A stretch of DNA of 62,189 bases, counting the filler. It is 3 parts of 3 records of this genome, joined end to end, with 100 filler letters (N's around TTAATTAATTAA, not from the genome) between each part and the next. Parts side by side here need not be neighbours in the genome. Positions count along the whole stretch, not along the records: positions 1 to 29,219 come from SRR22947725_2302; 2 more parts are not named here. The stretch is one strand, 5' to 3'. The notes under the pieces were generated by a model. The model did no database searches, had not been told where the DNA came from, and saw nothing but the letters and a program-made list of their open reading frames with translations. Below are positions 9,305 through 18,557 of the stretch, in pieces; within the stretch, counting starts at the first letter, position 1; each line of letters begins with the position of its first letter. The position numbers were made by a program, and so were the translations under genes.

Positions 9305-10054
9305 CTAACGGGTAATCGCCAAAGGAAAACGGAAATGCGTTCGATATCGATGTGACACTCTACGAAAGCCCTCCTCTCCCTTTGATGGGTCAGGTATTTT
9401 ATAAGGCCATTGAATATCAATTTGTAAGGCAAGAAACCCATTACTTGGATGATGACGGTGTCGATGCTCAAGTGGATATTGTGAGCATTTAATGAGAAAA
9501 TATCTTTCCGACTCAGGAAGCCATCTGTTGGACCACGGAGGCCCTGTTTCACTTCCTTTCATACCGAGAAGAGAAAGTGGCACACCTTGTGCAGATTGAT
9601 TAAATGGAAAATTACTACCACCGGATTCATTAATCCAAAGTTCCTGCATTTGCCCATCCTCCTGACTCCCCGAATCATTCATCAAGGTTTTATCATACTC
9701 GATCACTTGTTCAAACTCGACTCGGTGCCCTTCTTTGGGAGCAACTAACAGTAGGCTCCACCGCTCGTCCTTCATATCCTCTGGTGTGGGGGATGAAATC
9801 CCTCTAATTCTTTTGGTTCCGCGCTCCACGAGACTAAAACCCATTCTTTCTAATTCAACTTGAACCGCATCTACTAATCCGTAGGCAATATTCTGTTCTC
9901 TTACCTTCCCCACCCCTTCGACTCCCCAGGGGAGAAACCCAAGTAACCCTCCGATCAAAAATCCAAAAACTGCCAACGCAATGACCACTTCCAAGAGAGT
10001 AAAACCGTTCTTCGAAGATTTTCGAGAGCAACTTGATGGTTTCATCACGACCAT
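9305..10054 (-). CDS. Prepilin-type N-terminal cleavage/methylation protein (minor pseudopilin, GspI/PilV-like)
   Basis: Basic leader followed by G|FTLLEVVIALAVFG class III signal. Confidence 0.85.
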   Translation of the reverse strand: MVVMKPSSCSRKSSKNGFTLLEVVIALAVFGFLIGGLLGFLPWGVEGVGKVREQNIAYGLVDAVQVELERMGFSLVERGTKRIRGISSPTPEDMKDERWSLLLVAPKEGHRVEFEQVIEYDKTLMNDSGSQEDGQMQELWINESGGSNFPFNQSAQGVPLSLLGMKGSETGPPWSNRWLPESERYFLIKCSQYPLEHRHRHHPSNGFLALQIDIQWPYKIPDPSKGEEGFRRVSHRYRTHFRFPLAITR

Positions 10055-10057
10055 AAT

Positions 10058-10774
10058 TTATTCAAAATCTTCCAACTCCAATACAGCAAACCCGCCGTAA
10101 CGGCGAAGTAATATACCGGCAATGGAATTAGGGTTATCAAAACGAAGGGGTTTTCCGGATTCACCTGGATTGGGGGAACCAACGCCCAAAACTAATTTCG
10201 GTGCTTTTTGTACGCCGGATCCAGAAGATTCAGGAAAAACGACATTACCTAGTTGGTTAAAGGCAAGATACCGAAATTGGTTATCCCCATTTTGTTCCCG
10301 CTCCCCCTTAAAAGAATCCGCTAAAGAAAAATCATCATTTTCATCGCTCCATATCGTATAGGCATCACTCCTCCATCCCTCTCCTGTTTCCGACTGATCT
10401 TCTCCCTCTGGAACAAAATAAACACCATCGGTTAAATATTTCCCTTCCCCCATTACAATCCACTTCACTTCACCGGTCGTTGAACATGTGTCCTGAACAA
10501 TGAGTTCTACATAGCGGTGAAATTTATCCAAATCGGTCTCGGTATTATTGACAATTAATCGAGTCTCACTACCCGATAATGCAGCGCGGGATCGTGCTTG
10601 CTGTACAAGTCCGAGTAATTCCCTCTGGGCGGCACCAAGCTCGGCTCCACCGCCCCCGAGTAGGGAAAAGCCCACTAGCCCCATCATTAAACCCATCACT
10701 GCCAAAACAATCAATAATTCCAAAAGGGTGAACCCCTTTAGTTTAATTCGCTTTTGATAATAATCGATTTTCAA
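10058..10774 (-). CDS. Prepilin-type protein (GspH/FimT-like)
   Basis: G|FTLLELLIVLAVMG; helix AQRELLGLVQQARSRA typical of GspH/FimT. Confidence 0.85.
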   Translation of the reverse strand: MKIDYYQKRIKLKGFTLLELLIVLAVMGLMMGLVGFSLLGGGGAELGAAQRELLGLVQQARSRAALSGSETRLIVNNTETDLDKFHRYVELIVQDTCSTTGEVKWIVMGEGKYLTDGVYFVPEGEDQSETGEGWRSDAYTIWSDENDDFSLADSFKGEREQNGDNQFRYLAFNQLGNVVFPESSGSGVQKAPKLVLGVGSPNPGESGKPLRFDNPNSIAGILLRRYGGFAVLELEDFE

Positions 10775-10782
10775 ACGGTCAA

Positions 10783-11466
10783 TCAGTCCTTTTCTAAATA
10801 TTTCCCGACATCCCAGGAAAAAACATTTTCTGATTCTGTTTCACCGGTCTCATCAACGAGTACATAAATTCCAACTTTTTCACGAATCACAGATAATTTA
10901 TCTTTTGCATTATCCACAACCTCCGAATCGTAATCCTGCTTAAGGGCGGAAAGTATTTCATCAACTGCTGCCGATCCTAACTTGATTAAACCGTCCCCAT
11001 CCTGATCAACTACGACCCGAATTTTAGTCCCGGCCCACGAATCTGCAAGATATCCCTCTGGACCAAATTCATCTTCTGAAAATGAATGAAATTCTCGACC
11101 TTTTCGATTTTGATCCCTCAACTCACTGCCCTGATCAATGGGTTGCCATTCTGTTAAATCTGGATCCCATCTCATTCCCTTAAGTGCGATTATAAAAGAT
11201 TCGTGATTTTCAGCTTCTGAGAGAAGCATTGGCACTCCTTCATCCTCCTCCAAAAGAAAGGGAGGAAAGTATTTATAAAATTCTTTATATTGATAAAGTT
11301 GAGTGACCCATGAGCGAAATATTGACTGTGATTTTTTTACTTTTGAACTCGTCAGTAAATCAAACACTTTGGGCCCCAACATTCCCATTAAAATGCCAAT
11401 TACGGCAATAACCACTAATAATTCAATAAGGGTAAACCCTCGCAATTTGGATTTTTTCTTGTTCAT
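10783..11466 (-). CDS. Prepilin-type protein (GspG-like)
   Basis: MNKKKSKLRG|FTLIELLVVIAVIGIL; ATG at 11466 preferred over 11481. Confidence 0.85.
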   Translation of the reverse strand: MNKKKSKLRGFTLIELLVVIAVIGILMGMLGPKVFDLLTSSKVKKSQSIFRSWVTQLYQYKEFYKYFPPFLLEEDEGVPMLLSEAENHESFIIALKGMRWDPDLTEWQPIDQGSELRDQNRKGREFHSFSEDEFGPEGYLADSWAGTKIRVVVDQDGDGLIKLGSAAVDEILSALKQDYDSEVVDNAKDKLSVIREKVGIYVLVDETGETESENVFSWDVGKYLEKD

Positions 11467-11474
11467 AAAGCGGT

Positions 11475-12098
11475 TCACCATTTCCCCGGCTCAGTGTTTG
11501 GAATATTATCTTCGTCGATTGCTTCCTTGGTAGGAGTGGCAGTTAATTCTTGAGCAAAAACAGACGATTGTCCGTCCGCCCCCTTCGAAAAGAGTAAGAA
11601 TCCTTTATGTCCATCCCGTCGTGGAAATTGATAGACATAGGGTTCGCTCCACGGATCCATTGGAAAAAAAGTCTCTCCTGAGTTCGGGTTCCAATCTTCT
11701 TCTTCCGGAAGAAAAATTTCATTTCGATTTCCTTTTTGAATTCCTAAAATAAGCGAATCGCCAGGAAGGAAACTTTTCCTCAAATCCTCTTGATCAAGAG
11801 GATCGCCATTACGGTCCACTAAGCCAGCCAATGACCGCAAGAGAAAGGCACCACACTCAAATATATCCTCTTCATTCGAAATTAAGTTGGTTCGTGGATA
11901 TCCTCCCATTTCACTTTTGTATTGCTCAAGGGCTAAGGTAAGAGCACCAATATGGCTTTTGGCTTGTTTTTCATCTTGGGAACTTAATAAATAGTTCGCT
12001 CCCGAAAAAGTTATTCCCGCAAGAATTCCGATTATTACAATAACCACTAACAATTCTACTAGTGTAAAACCAAATTGGGTATGAGATCTTTTAATCAT
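11475..12098 (-). CDS. Type II secretion major pseudopilin GspG-like protein
   Basis: G|FTLVELLVVIVIIGILAG; ALEQYK..G.YP; DPWSEPYVY and LFSKGADG motifs. Confidence 0.88.
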   Translation of the reverse strand: MIKRSHTQFGFTLVELLVVIVIIGILAGITFSGANYLLSSQDEKQAKSHIGALTLALEQYKSEMGGYPRTNLISNEEDIFECGAFLLRSLAGLVDRNGDPLDQEDLRKSFLPGDSLILGIQKGNRNEIFLPEEEDWNPNSGETFFPMDPWSEPYVYQFPRRDGHKGFLLFSKGADGQSSVFAQELTATPTKEAIDEDNIPNTEPGKW

Positions 12099-12113
12099 AG
12101 TTTAGTATCTATA

Positions 12114-12144
12114 ATAGTAGTCTCAATCTTGCCAATTTTGTCAA
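12114..12144 (-). promoter_or_regulatory. Possible internal promoter for the pseudopilin cluster
   Basis: Perfect TTGACA (12144-12139) and TACTAT (12119-12114); the 19-bp spacing is suboptimal. Confidence 0.3.
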
Positions 12145-12169
12145 CCCCACGTTCACAGTAAGAACTTAC

Positions 12170-13732
12170 TTATTGTCCATTACTAAAAAAACCGAACGAT
12201 ATTTTCTTTCGGTATTTTTTGAGTTCAGGAAATCCACAGACTACTAAAGAAATTCCATACACTAATACTCCAAGTGGGATCAAAACCATTAATTCCACAA
12301 TGCTCGATAGCTTACTCTCCCCAAAATACTCCTGCTGAATGGTGAACCATAATATTGCCAGCATGGCAAAGGAAGAGATAATAATACTATTTACTGAAAA
12401 GGTTTTTTCTCCGAGAAGAGTTTTTAGATTAAAAACATTTAACCTTGTGCCCAAAAATAAAGTTTGTAAGCAGGCGGAAATTACATTGGCCCACGCCAGT
12501 CCAATCATTCCATAATATTGCATCAGCACTACACTCAAAACAAAATTAACGCATAAACTAATGACCGCAGCATGTAATGGAGCCTTCATGTTCTTTTGGG
12601 AATGAAATGCTTTTACAAAATAGGCTGCCATTGCATAAAAGGGTAAAGCAAAACAAGAAATAACAAGAACCTCAGAGGCAAGCATAACATCTTTACCTCC
12701 GAATTCTCCCCATTGAAAAAATACGCTTACTATAGAATCTGACAGTAGGGCTAATCCAATTGCTGCTGGTATAATCAAGCCCATTGTTAATCGAAATCCC
12801 CGAGCAAAATAATTTTTGTACTCATTATTTTGCTCTTTTTGAAATGCCTTGGATAATTGTGGGAAAACAACCGTTGAGATCGAAATCGCAAAAACCCCAA
12901 GCGGAAGTTCAATCAAACGAGCAGAAAGAAAAAGGTAAGATAATGCCCCCTCATCCTCCAAGCGGTAAGCCAAGAAACGGGATACCATGATATTAACTTG
13001 CGAAACTGCTGCACTAAAAGCACCGATCAAAAAGAGTCCTTTTATTTTTTCCAATCCAGAGGAGCTCGAAAAATTAAACTTCCACCGCCAATCAAAAGAT
13101 TGCCTTAATTGAATCCACGGCCAAACGGTCTGGAATATTCCACCGACCAGAACTGCGACACATAATGCCATACCCAGCTCCAACCCCCGCCAAGACATGC
13201 CAAAGTAACAAAATGCCAAGCCCCCAATCATCGCGATATTTAGAATAATGGGGGAGAAGGCGCCGGCAAAAAAACTTTTATGTGTATTTAATGCCCCGAC
13301 TATAATAGCGGATATACATATGAGAAGAACATAGGGAAAAATAATGGAATTTAAGAAAAGACCATCGATCCACTTCTGACTTTCTACCCAATAGTAGTTC
13401 GAGGCCCACCATGACAATAGGCATACAACAATCGATATTACAGAGAGGAGGAAAAATAATCTTGTTAAAACCTGATTCAGGACATCGTTTGCATTTTGTA
13501 GAGAATGGGATTCTTTTACCTCCGAATAAACCGGTATAAAGGCAGAACTCAAGGTACCTTCCCCAAGCATTCTTCTGAACAGATTGGGTAATGTGAATGC
13601 GAGAATGAAAGCATCTCCGAGCGCAGAAACTCCGAAACAGGTAAAAAAAAGAACATCTCGAAAAAGGCCAAGAAATCGAGAAACAATGGTGAGTCCACTA
13701 ACGAGCGAGATGCTATTGGTTAAACTCGTCAT
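12170..13732 (-). CDS. murJ: Lipid II flippase MurJ (MviN)
   Basis: SRFLGLFRD, DAFILAFTLPNLFRRMLGEG..SSAFIPV, RLIELPLGVF; about 14 TM segments. Confidence 0.95.
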   Translation of the reverse strand: MTSLTNSISLVSGLTIVSRFLGLFRDVLFFTCFGVSALGDAFILAFTLPNLFRRMLGEGTLSSAFIPVYSEVKESHSLQNANDVLNQVLTRLFFLLSVISIVVCLLSWWASNYYWVESQKWIDGLFLNSIIFPYVLLICISAIIVGALNTHKSFFAGAFSPIILNIAMIGGLAFCYFGMSWRGLELGMALCVAVLVGGIFQTVWPWIQLRQSFDWRWKFNFSSSSGLEKIKGLFLIGAFSAAVSQVNIMVSRFLAYRLEDEGALSYLFLSARLIELPLGVFAISISTVVFPQLSKAFQKEQNNEYKNYFARGFRLTMGLIIPAAIGLALLSDSIVSVFFQWGEFGGKDVMLASEVLVISCFALPFYAMAAYFVKAFHSQKNMKAPLHAAVISLCVNFVLSVVLMQYYGMIGLAWANVISACLQTLFLGTRLNVFNLKTLLGEKTFSVNSIIISSFAMLAILWFTIQQEYFGESKLSSIVELMVLIPLGVLVYGISLVVCGFPELKKYRKKISFGFFSNGQ

Positions 13733-13784
13733 TCTAAAACGATTTCCTTACTTTCAGGAAAGAAATTGAAAGCACCAATAAAAA

Positions 13785-14111
13785 TCAAACACTTTCAGAC
13801 TCCACGCATTCTGCCAAAAGAGTTCTTGCTTCGTGCTCGGGGTCTTCATGTCCTTGCTTCTGGGCAAGTGCAATGGTTTGTTTCAGTGGTTCACAAGCTG
13901 CTTCTTTTTGCTCAACTGCGATCAATGCCTTACCCAAGAGTAATGTAACCATCATCCAATCATTTCTTTTTTCAAAACAAATTCGGAGGTGAAGGATGGA
14001 CTCTTCGTATTCACCAGTTTCGTAGTAAACCTGTGCCAAGCTAAAGCGATTAAGCAAATTATCAGGGTTCTTCGCTAATTTATCAAGATACAGGCTAATT
14101 CTCTCAGACAT
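13785..14111 (-). CDS. Tetratricopeptide repeat protein
   Basis: TPR-like helices (RFSLAQVYYETGEYEESI; LLLGKALIAVEQKEAA). Confidence 0.75.
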   Translation of the reverse strand: MSERISLYLDKLAKNPDNLLNRFSLAQVYYETGEYEESILHLRICFEKRNDWMMVTLLLGKALIAVEQKEAACEPLKQTIALAQKQGHEDPEHEARTLLAECVESESV

Positions 14112-14126
14112 AAGAGAGGTGCTAAT

Positions 14127-14840
14127 TTAAGAAATTTTGAGACAAACAGCAGTGGAATTATCAGTTCCACCATTTTGGTTTGCCAAATCAATTAACGAGT
14201 GGACAAAAGACACCGGATCTAATTCATTGATCATTTTTTCGATTTCAGGCAATTCAACCATGTTGGTTATTCCATCTGAACAAATTAGAATCGAACTTCC
14301 AGGTACCATTGCAATCTCTCCGATATCGACCTCAAAGTCGATGTCTTGCCCCATACAACGGGTGAGCGTGTGCATGTAGTGCTCGGGCATATCGATGGCT
14401 GCCTCTGGTCCATGTTTGTCAATCAGTTCATCTCCGAGCGTATGACACTTCGAAACCTTATTAAGTCCATTTTCATCATGGATATAGATAGAAGAATCCC
14501 CCACATGTACAAAAACCATTTTATCTCCCACTTGGCGAAGCCCGGAAAAAGTACAACCAATTCCATTTTCTCCCCCCACAATGGTACCACACTCTACAAT
14601 GTTTTGGTGAATGGAATGAGCAAGTAACCTTAATTCCTGCTCGGTAGTGCAATCATCTGTATCGTAAATAGATGATTTAAAAAATTGAACGGCCAACTTG
14701 CTTGCCAATGCCCCAAAAGGAAGTCCTCCCACTCCATCCGCCACTGCATATATTCCCCGATGCTCATCAACTAAGAAAGAATCTTCGTTTTTTTCACGAA
14801 CGAATCCAACATCGCTATGTCCATGTGAGGTTAAAATCAT
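14127..14840 (-). CDS. PP2C-family Ser/Thr protein phosphatase
   Basis: SDVG.VREKNEDS, VADGVGG, HVGDS, ICSDG, GGTDNST. Confidence 0.95.
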   Translation of the reverse strand: MILTSHGHSDVGFVREKNEDSFLVDEHRGIYAVADGVGGLPFGALASKLAVQFFKSSIYDTDDCTTEQELRLLAHSIHQNIVECGTIVGGENGIGCTFSGLRQVGDKMVFVHVGDSSIYIHDENGLNKVSKCHTLGDELIDKHGPEAAIDMPEHYMHTLTRCMGQDIDFEVDIGEIAMVPGSSILICSDGITNMVELPEIEKMINELDPVSFVHSLIDLANQNGGTDNSTAVCLKIS

Positions 14841-14929
14841 ATTGTAGGCAAGGGTAAGGTTTTAATTATTGATACCAATAAAAGGGAAAGGTCAATTTTG
14901 AAAATTTATTAAGAAAGTTCAAGATTCTT

Positions 14930-16993
14930 TTACTCCTCATTGAAAAGATTAGGCAAAAGATCGGTTGAATTTATAATTTCATAGTCTTTTTTAGGAAATT
15001 CTCTGATAAAATCTTTCCCATATCCTTTTTTTAATATTCGAGAATCTAAAATAACCAGCTCACCGACATCATTTTTAGATCTTATTAAGCGACCCATTCC
15101 CTGCCTCAAACGAATTACTGCAGAGGGTAAAGTAAGTTCCATAAAAGCACTTTTACCCTCTTTCCCCAAAACCTCTGACTTTGCCTCGAGTACGGGATGA
15201 CTCGGATTTTCGAAGGGTAATCGGGTAATGATAACTTGTGAGAGACAGGGTCCCTTCGCATCAAAGCCTTTCCAAAAACTTTCCGCACCCAAAAGCAGAA
15301 CATCCTGTTCTTCAATCATTTTATCTCGTAGATCGGACCGCGAAAGCCCTTCTCCTTGTGCATAGACTGATCGCCCCAATTTCTTCCATCGTGGAAGCAA
15401 ATTTTGATAACAAAACTTCAGATCCGAATAATTGGTAAATAAAACTAATGTTCCTCCCTCTATACTGGTAGCGCAGCCGTGTAGCACTTCAACCATGTAC
15501 TCTAAATAAGGTAAGCGGTTGTTGGACATAGGATCAGGACAGTCGGCTAAAACCCTTATTTGTAGATTAGACTCATAATCAAAAGGAGAATCTACTATTC
15601 CCTCCTCCACATGCTCCACACCAATCGTGGATCGAAAGGCAGATGCATTCCCCTTACGGGTTAATGTCGCACTCGTCATGAGTACAGAAACATCTCGGGA
15701 GAAAAGTTGTCCTTGTAACACTTTTGCAATTTCCAAAGGGGCACTTCGTAAGTGAATGATCTGATTCTGCTTCCCTGTTCGTTCAATCCAGTAAACAGAA
15801 TTATTATCCTTAAGCTCAATCACCTCGGATAAACCATTTAGATATCCCTGCATTCTTCGGGCTTGGTCTTTTAATTCCATCTTCAGGGATTCATCATCCG
15901 TTAACTCACCCAGCTCCACTAAACATCGGCATAGTCTACTCAAGGGCGGAAATACTTCCATGGGTAAAACACCTTTCTCTAAAAGTCGGATACGGTCCTT
16001 TCCACCCAGGGTTTTCGCATGTAAATATTGAAAGAAGTCCGCTACAGCAAATTCCGCATTTTCTACGGCTTCAAAGTCCACACTCCTCCCGATTCGTGAT
16101 ATCAGTCCCTTTCGTTTCTTTGGGTTAAAGATCCTCCTTACACTCATCTCTAATGCCCATGAGCTAATCGATAATCCTAGATGGTCGCCCGCAACCTCTG
16201 GCATTTCATGGGCTTCATCAAAAATAACAAAATCATTGGCGAACATAACCCCTCCCTTGTCATCATTTGGTCCAAATCCAGCACCCATTAAAGAAAAAAG
16301 TAAACTATGATTCACAATTACCAAATCAGATTCCTCAACCTCCGCCCTCGCCCTTCGGTAAAAACAGTTTTCTGGCTTACATCTTTTGGATGAACAAAGC
16401 GATGAATCAGCACTTACTGCATCCCATACCGCTCCCATAGGAAGGGGAGATAATTCCTGCCGAATGCCTTCGATAGCGCCCTTATTTGCCCACTCGGCAA
16501 TCCTCTCTAACTCCCGTTTTTGTCGGCCCTCAAATAATTCACCCTGACCGCTTAAAGCACGATGTAATCGAGTCGTGCATAAGTAGTTAGCTCGCCCCAC
16601 TAAGAGTGCGCAGCGGAAATCCTTAAAGCTTTCGAGGGCAGGATTGGACTCCATTAAAGATCGAAGAGCAGGAATGTCTTTATTTAAGAGTTGTTCCTGT
16701 AAACTTATCGTGTTGGTGGCCACGACACAGGGTCTTTTTCGCGTGCAGGAGAAAAGAACGGACGGCACTAAATAAGCCAAGCTCTTGCCTACTCCTGTTC
16801 CCGCTTCAAATAATAGGTGGCTTTCATTCAAAAGTGCATGCGCAGTCGACTTTGCCATTTCATGCTGCTCTGGTCTATGTTCAAAATCGAGAGCATTTTC
16901 CAACCACCCACCCTCTTTAAAAATGAAATCGACGATAGAAGATAAATCAAATTCATCTTCCTCCACAGTTGTATCAGCAAATCGAATCATCAC
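14930..16993 (-). CDS. dinG: DinG/YoaA-family ATP-dependent DNA helicase
   Basis: RPEQ Q-motif, EAGTGVGKS Walker A, Fe-S cysteines, DEAH, RQGMGRLIR. Confidence 0.92.
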   Translation of the reverse strand: MMIRFADTTVEEDEFDLSSIVDFIFKEGGWLENALDFEHRPEQHEMAKSTAHALLNESHLLFEAGTGVGKSLAYLVPSVLFSCTRKRPCVVATNTISLQEQLLNKDIPALRSLMESNPALESFKDFRCALLVGRANYLCTTRLHRALSGQGELFEGRQKRELERIAEWANKGAIEGIRQELSPLPMGAVWDAVSADSSLCSSKRCKPENCFYRRARAEVEESDLVIVNHSLLFSLMGAGFGPNDDKGGVMFANDFVIFDEAHEMPEVAGDHLGLSISSWALEMSVRRIFNPKKRKGLISRIGRSVDFEAVENAEFAVADFFQYLHAKTLGGKDRIRLLEKGVLPMEVFPPLSRLCRCLVELGELTDDESLKMELKDQARRMQGYLNGLSEVIELKDNNSVYWIERTGKQNQIIHLRSAPLEIAKVLQGQLFSRDVSVLMTSATLTRKGNASAFRSTIGVEHVEEGIVDSPFDYESNLQIRVLADCPDPMSNNRLPYLEYMVEVLHGCATSIEGGTLVLFTNYSDLKFCYQNLLPRWKKLGRSVYAQGEGLSRSDLRDKMIEEQDVLLLGAESFWKGFDAKGPCLSQVIITRLPFENPSHPVLEAKSEVLGKEGKSAFMELTLPSAVIRLRQGMGRLIRSKNDVGELVILDSRILKKGYGKDFIREFPKKDYEIINSTDLLPNLFNEE

Positions 16994-17022
16994 TATGCAA
17001 TTTGAAAAGTGCTTACTTTCTA

Positions 17023-17664
17023 CTAAGGTCGAACAAAAGGATTTCCACGTCGCTCGTTGCCAACAGTAGTATTGGGACCATGCCCCGGGAGAATTTCCGT
17101 TTCTTCGGGCAGGGTGTAAATCTTTTTTTGAATCGAACTCTCCAATGTGGGGAAATCTCCACCAGGTAGATCAGCACGTCCAACGCTCTGGGCAAAAATA
17201 ACATCTCCCACAAAACAAATTTTTTCGGCTTCCACAAAAAAGATTACATTTCCAGGACAGTGACCAGGACAATGGTACACTGAAACCTTTCGGCCCAATA
17301 AATCTAAAGTGTCCCCCTCTTCTACCCATCGGGTAATCGCGATTGGCTGGAATTCCATTCCTGGAATCGCGAATGTGGACATCACTGCTGGTTTCTCAAA
17401 AAGCATTTGGTCGGCAAGATGACCGACCACTTTGACTGAACTTGTTGCTAATTCAGCAGCACCTGCCATGTGATCCCAATGTCCATGCGTTAACCAAATC
17501 TCAGTAATTAAAAGCGATTCCCTTTCGAGAATAGGAATTACCTCCTCTTTCGACTCAGGAGGGGCATCGATCAATATCGCCTCTTTCCCTCCCTCCTCCC
17601 ACACCAAATAAGCATTCGTTCCAATTGGTCCTAATTCCATTTTCTTTATTTGCAAAGAATTCAT
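17023..17664 (-). CDS. MBL-fold metallo-hydrolase (glyoxalase II-like)
   Basis: THGHWDH, PGHCPG, GD..F..SVGR.DL, PGHG; start trimmed to ATG 17664 (MNSLQIKK). Confidence 0.92.
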   Translation of the reverse strand: MNSLQIKKMELGPIGTNAYLVWEEGGKEAILIDAPPESKEEVIPILERESLLITEIWLTHGHWDHMAGAAELATSSVKVVGHLADQMLFEKPAVMSTFAIPGMEFQPIAITRWVEEGDTLDLLGRKVSVYHCPGHCPGNVIFFVEAEKICFVGDVIFAQSVGRADLPGGDFPTLESSIQKKIYTLPEETEILPGHGPNTTVGNERRGNPFVRP

Positions 17665-17913
17665 AAATTTACTCAAGCTGAAGCGCTGATGGATTCCAAG
17701 CAAATTACCAACTTTAGATTCGTAAACACGAACACCGAGCAATCCATTAATTCAATTAATAAACTTAATTAAAAAATAAAATACTATTTGGCAGAAGTTA
17801 GGTTAATGTTCACCAATAGTAAAAGTGATGTCAAGGATGGTGGTAGCTTTTAAAATCTTCCGGTTCTTCGGAATGAGGCTCTCTTGGCACATAATTCTAA
17901 AACAGAGGATACT

Positions 17914-18147
17914 ATGAAGGATGTGATCTCACAGGTACACGAATGGATAAAACTCGTTCCCCAACTTGTCATTGGATTAATTGCACTTGGGATTGTCGTT
18001 GAAATTGTCTTTGACAAAGGTGCGATATTTGGAGCAAGTGTCGTTCAAAACTTGTCTCAGATAGTGGCGGAAATTGGCGGTGAAAATGGATTTGTTGGTC
18101 TAGTGGATATCCTGATTATTTTGGCCATTTTCCAAAGAAACAAATAA
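17914..18147 (+). CDS. Small hydrophobic membrane protein (paralog 1)
   Basis: ATG at 17914 preceded by AGAGGA; 77 aa; two hydrophobic segments; GGENG motif. Confidence 0.75.
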   Translation: MKDVISQVHEWIKLVPQLVIGLIALGIVVEIVFDKGAIFGASVVQNLSQIVAEIGGENGFVGLVDILIILAIFQRNK

Positions 18148-18181
18148 TAAACTTTCAGAGTACATTTAGCTTCTGAAATAA

Positions 18182-18406
18182 ATAAACCTAAAAGACACTA
18201 TTGGTGGCTTAACCGAAATCTTGATCGTTGCAATTGGACTACTTTTAGTTGTGCAAATTGTATTCGGAACCGGTGGAGAAAATGGTGGAATTGACATAAT
18301 TGGAAATATAACCGGTGTGGTTGATTCCTTTATCGGAACGGGTGCAAGTTTGGCCAGTCTAGTTGCACTATTGATTGTAATGGCGGTACTAGGTAAAAAA
18401 GGCTAA
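18182..18406 (+). CDS. Small hydrophobic membrane protein (paralog 2); start probably ATA at 18182
   Basis: Frame opens after TAA 18179-18181 as ATA-AAC-CTA-AAA-GAC (xNLKDTIGGLTEILIVAIG...). Similar to the upstream gene (VxIVF, GGENG, LV..LI...). Confidence 0.6.
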   Translation: MNLKDTIGGLTEILIVAIGLLLVVQIVFGTGGENGGIDIIGNITGVVDSFIGTGASLASLVALLIVMAVLGKKG

Positions 18407-18424
18407 AGCAAATCTACAGTTATT

Positions 18425-18455
18425 AAAAAAGGGGCGAGAGTGCCCCTTTTTTTTT
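18425..18455 (+). terminator. Intrinsic terminator (potentially bidirectional)
   Basis: A6-GGGGC-gagagt-GCCCC-T9 immediately after the small-protein pair. Confidence 0.85.
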
Positions 18456-18557
18456 GGGTAATTACACAAATTGAATGATTTTAAAAGTGAGTGTCACCCT
18501 ATTGATTTCTATTTTTACATTGCCATTTTAGCTTAATTCTAAATGGCTATGTTTCCG

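Noticed and set aside
17884-17900. TGGCAC as a sigma54 -24 element (also TGGCAG near 17789)
   Set aside because: The required -12 TTGC is absent at the correct spacing in both cases.
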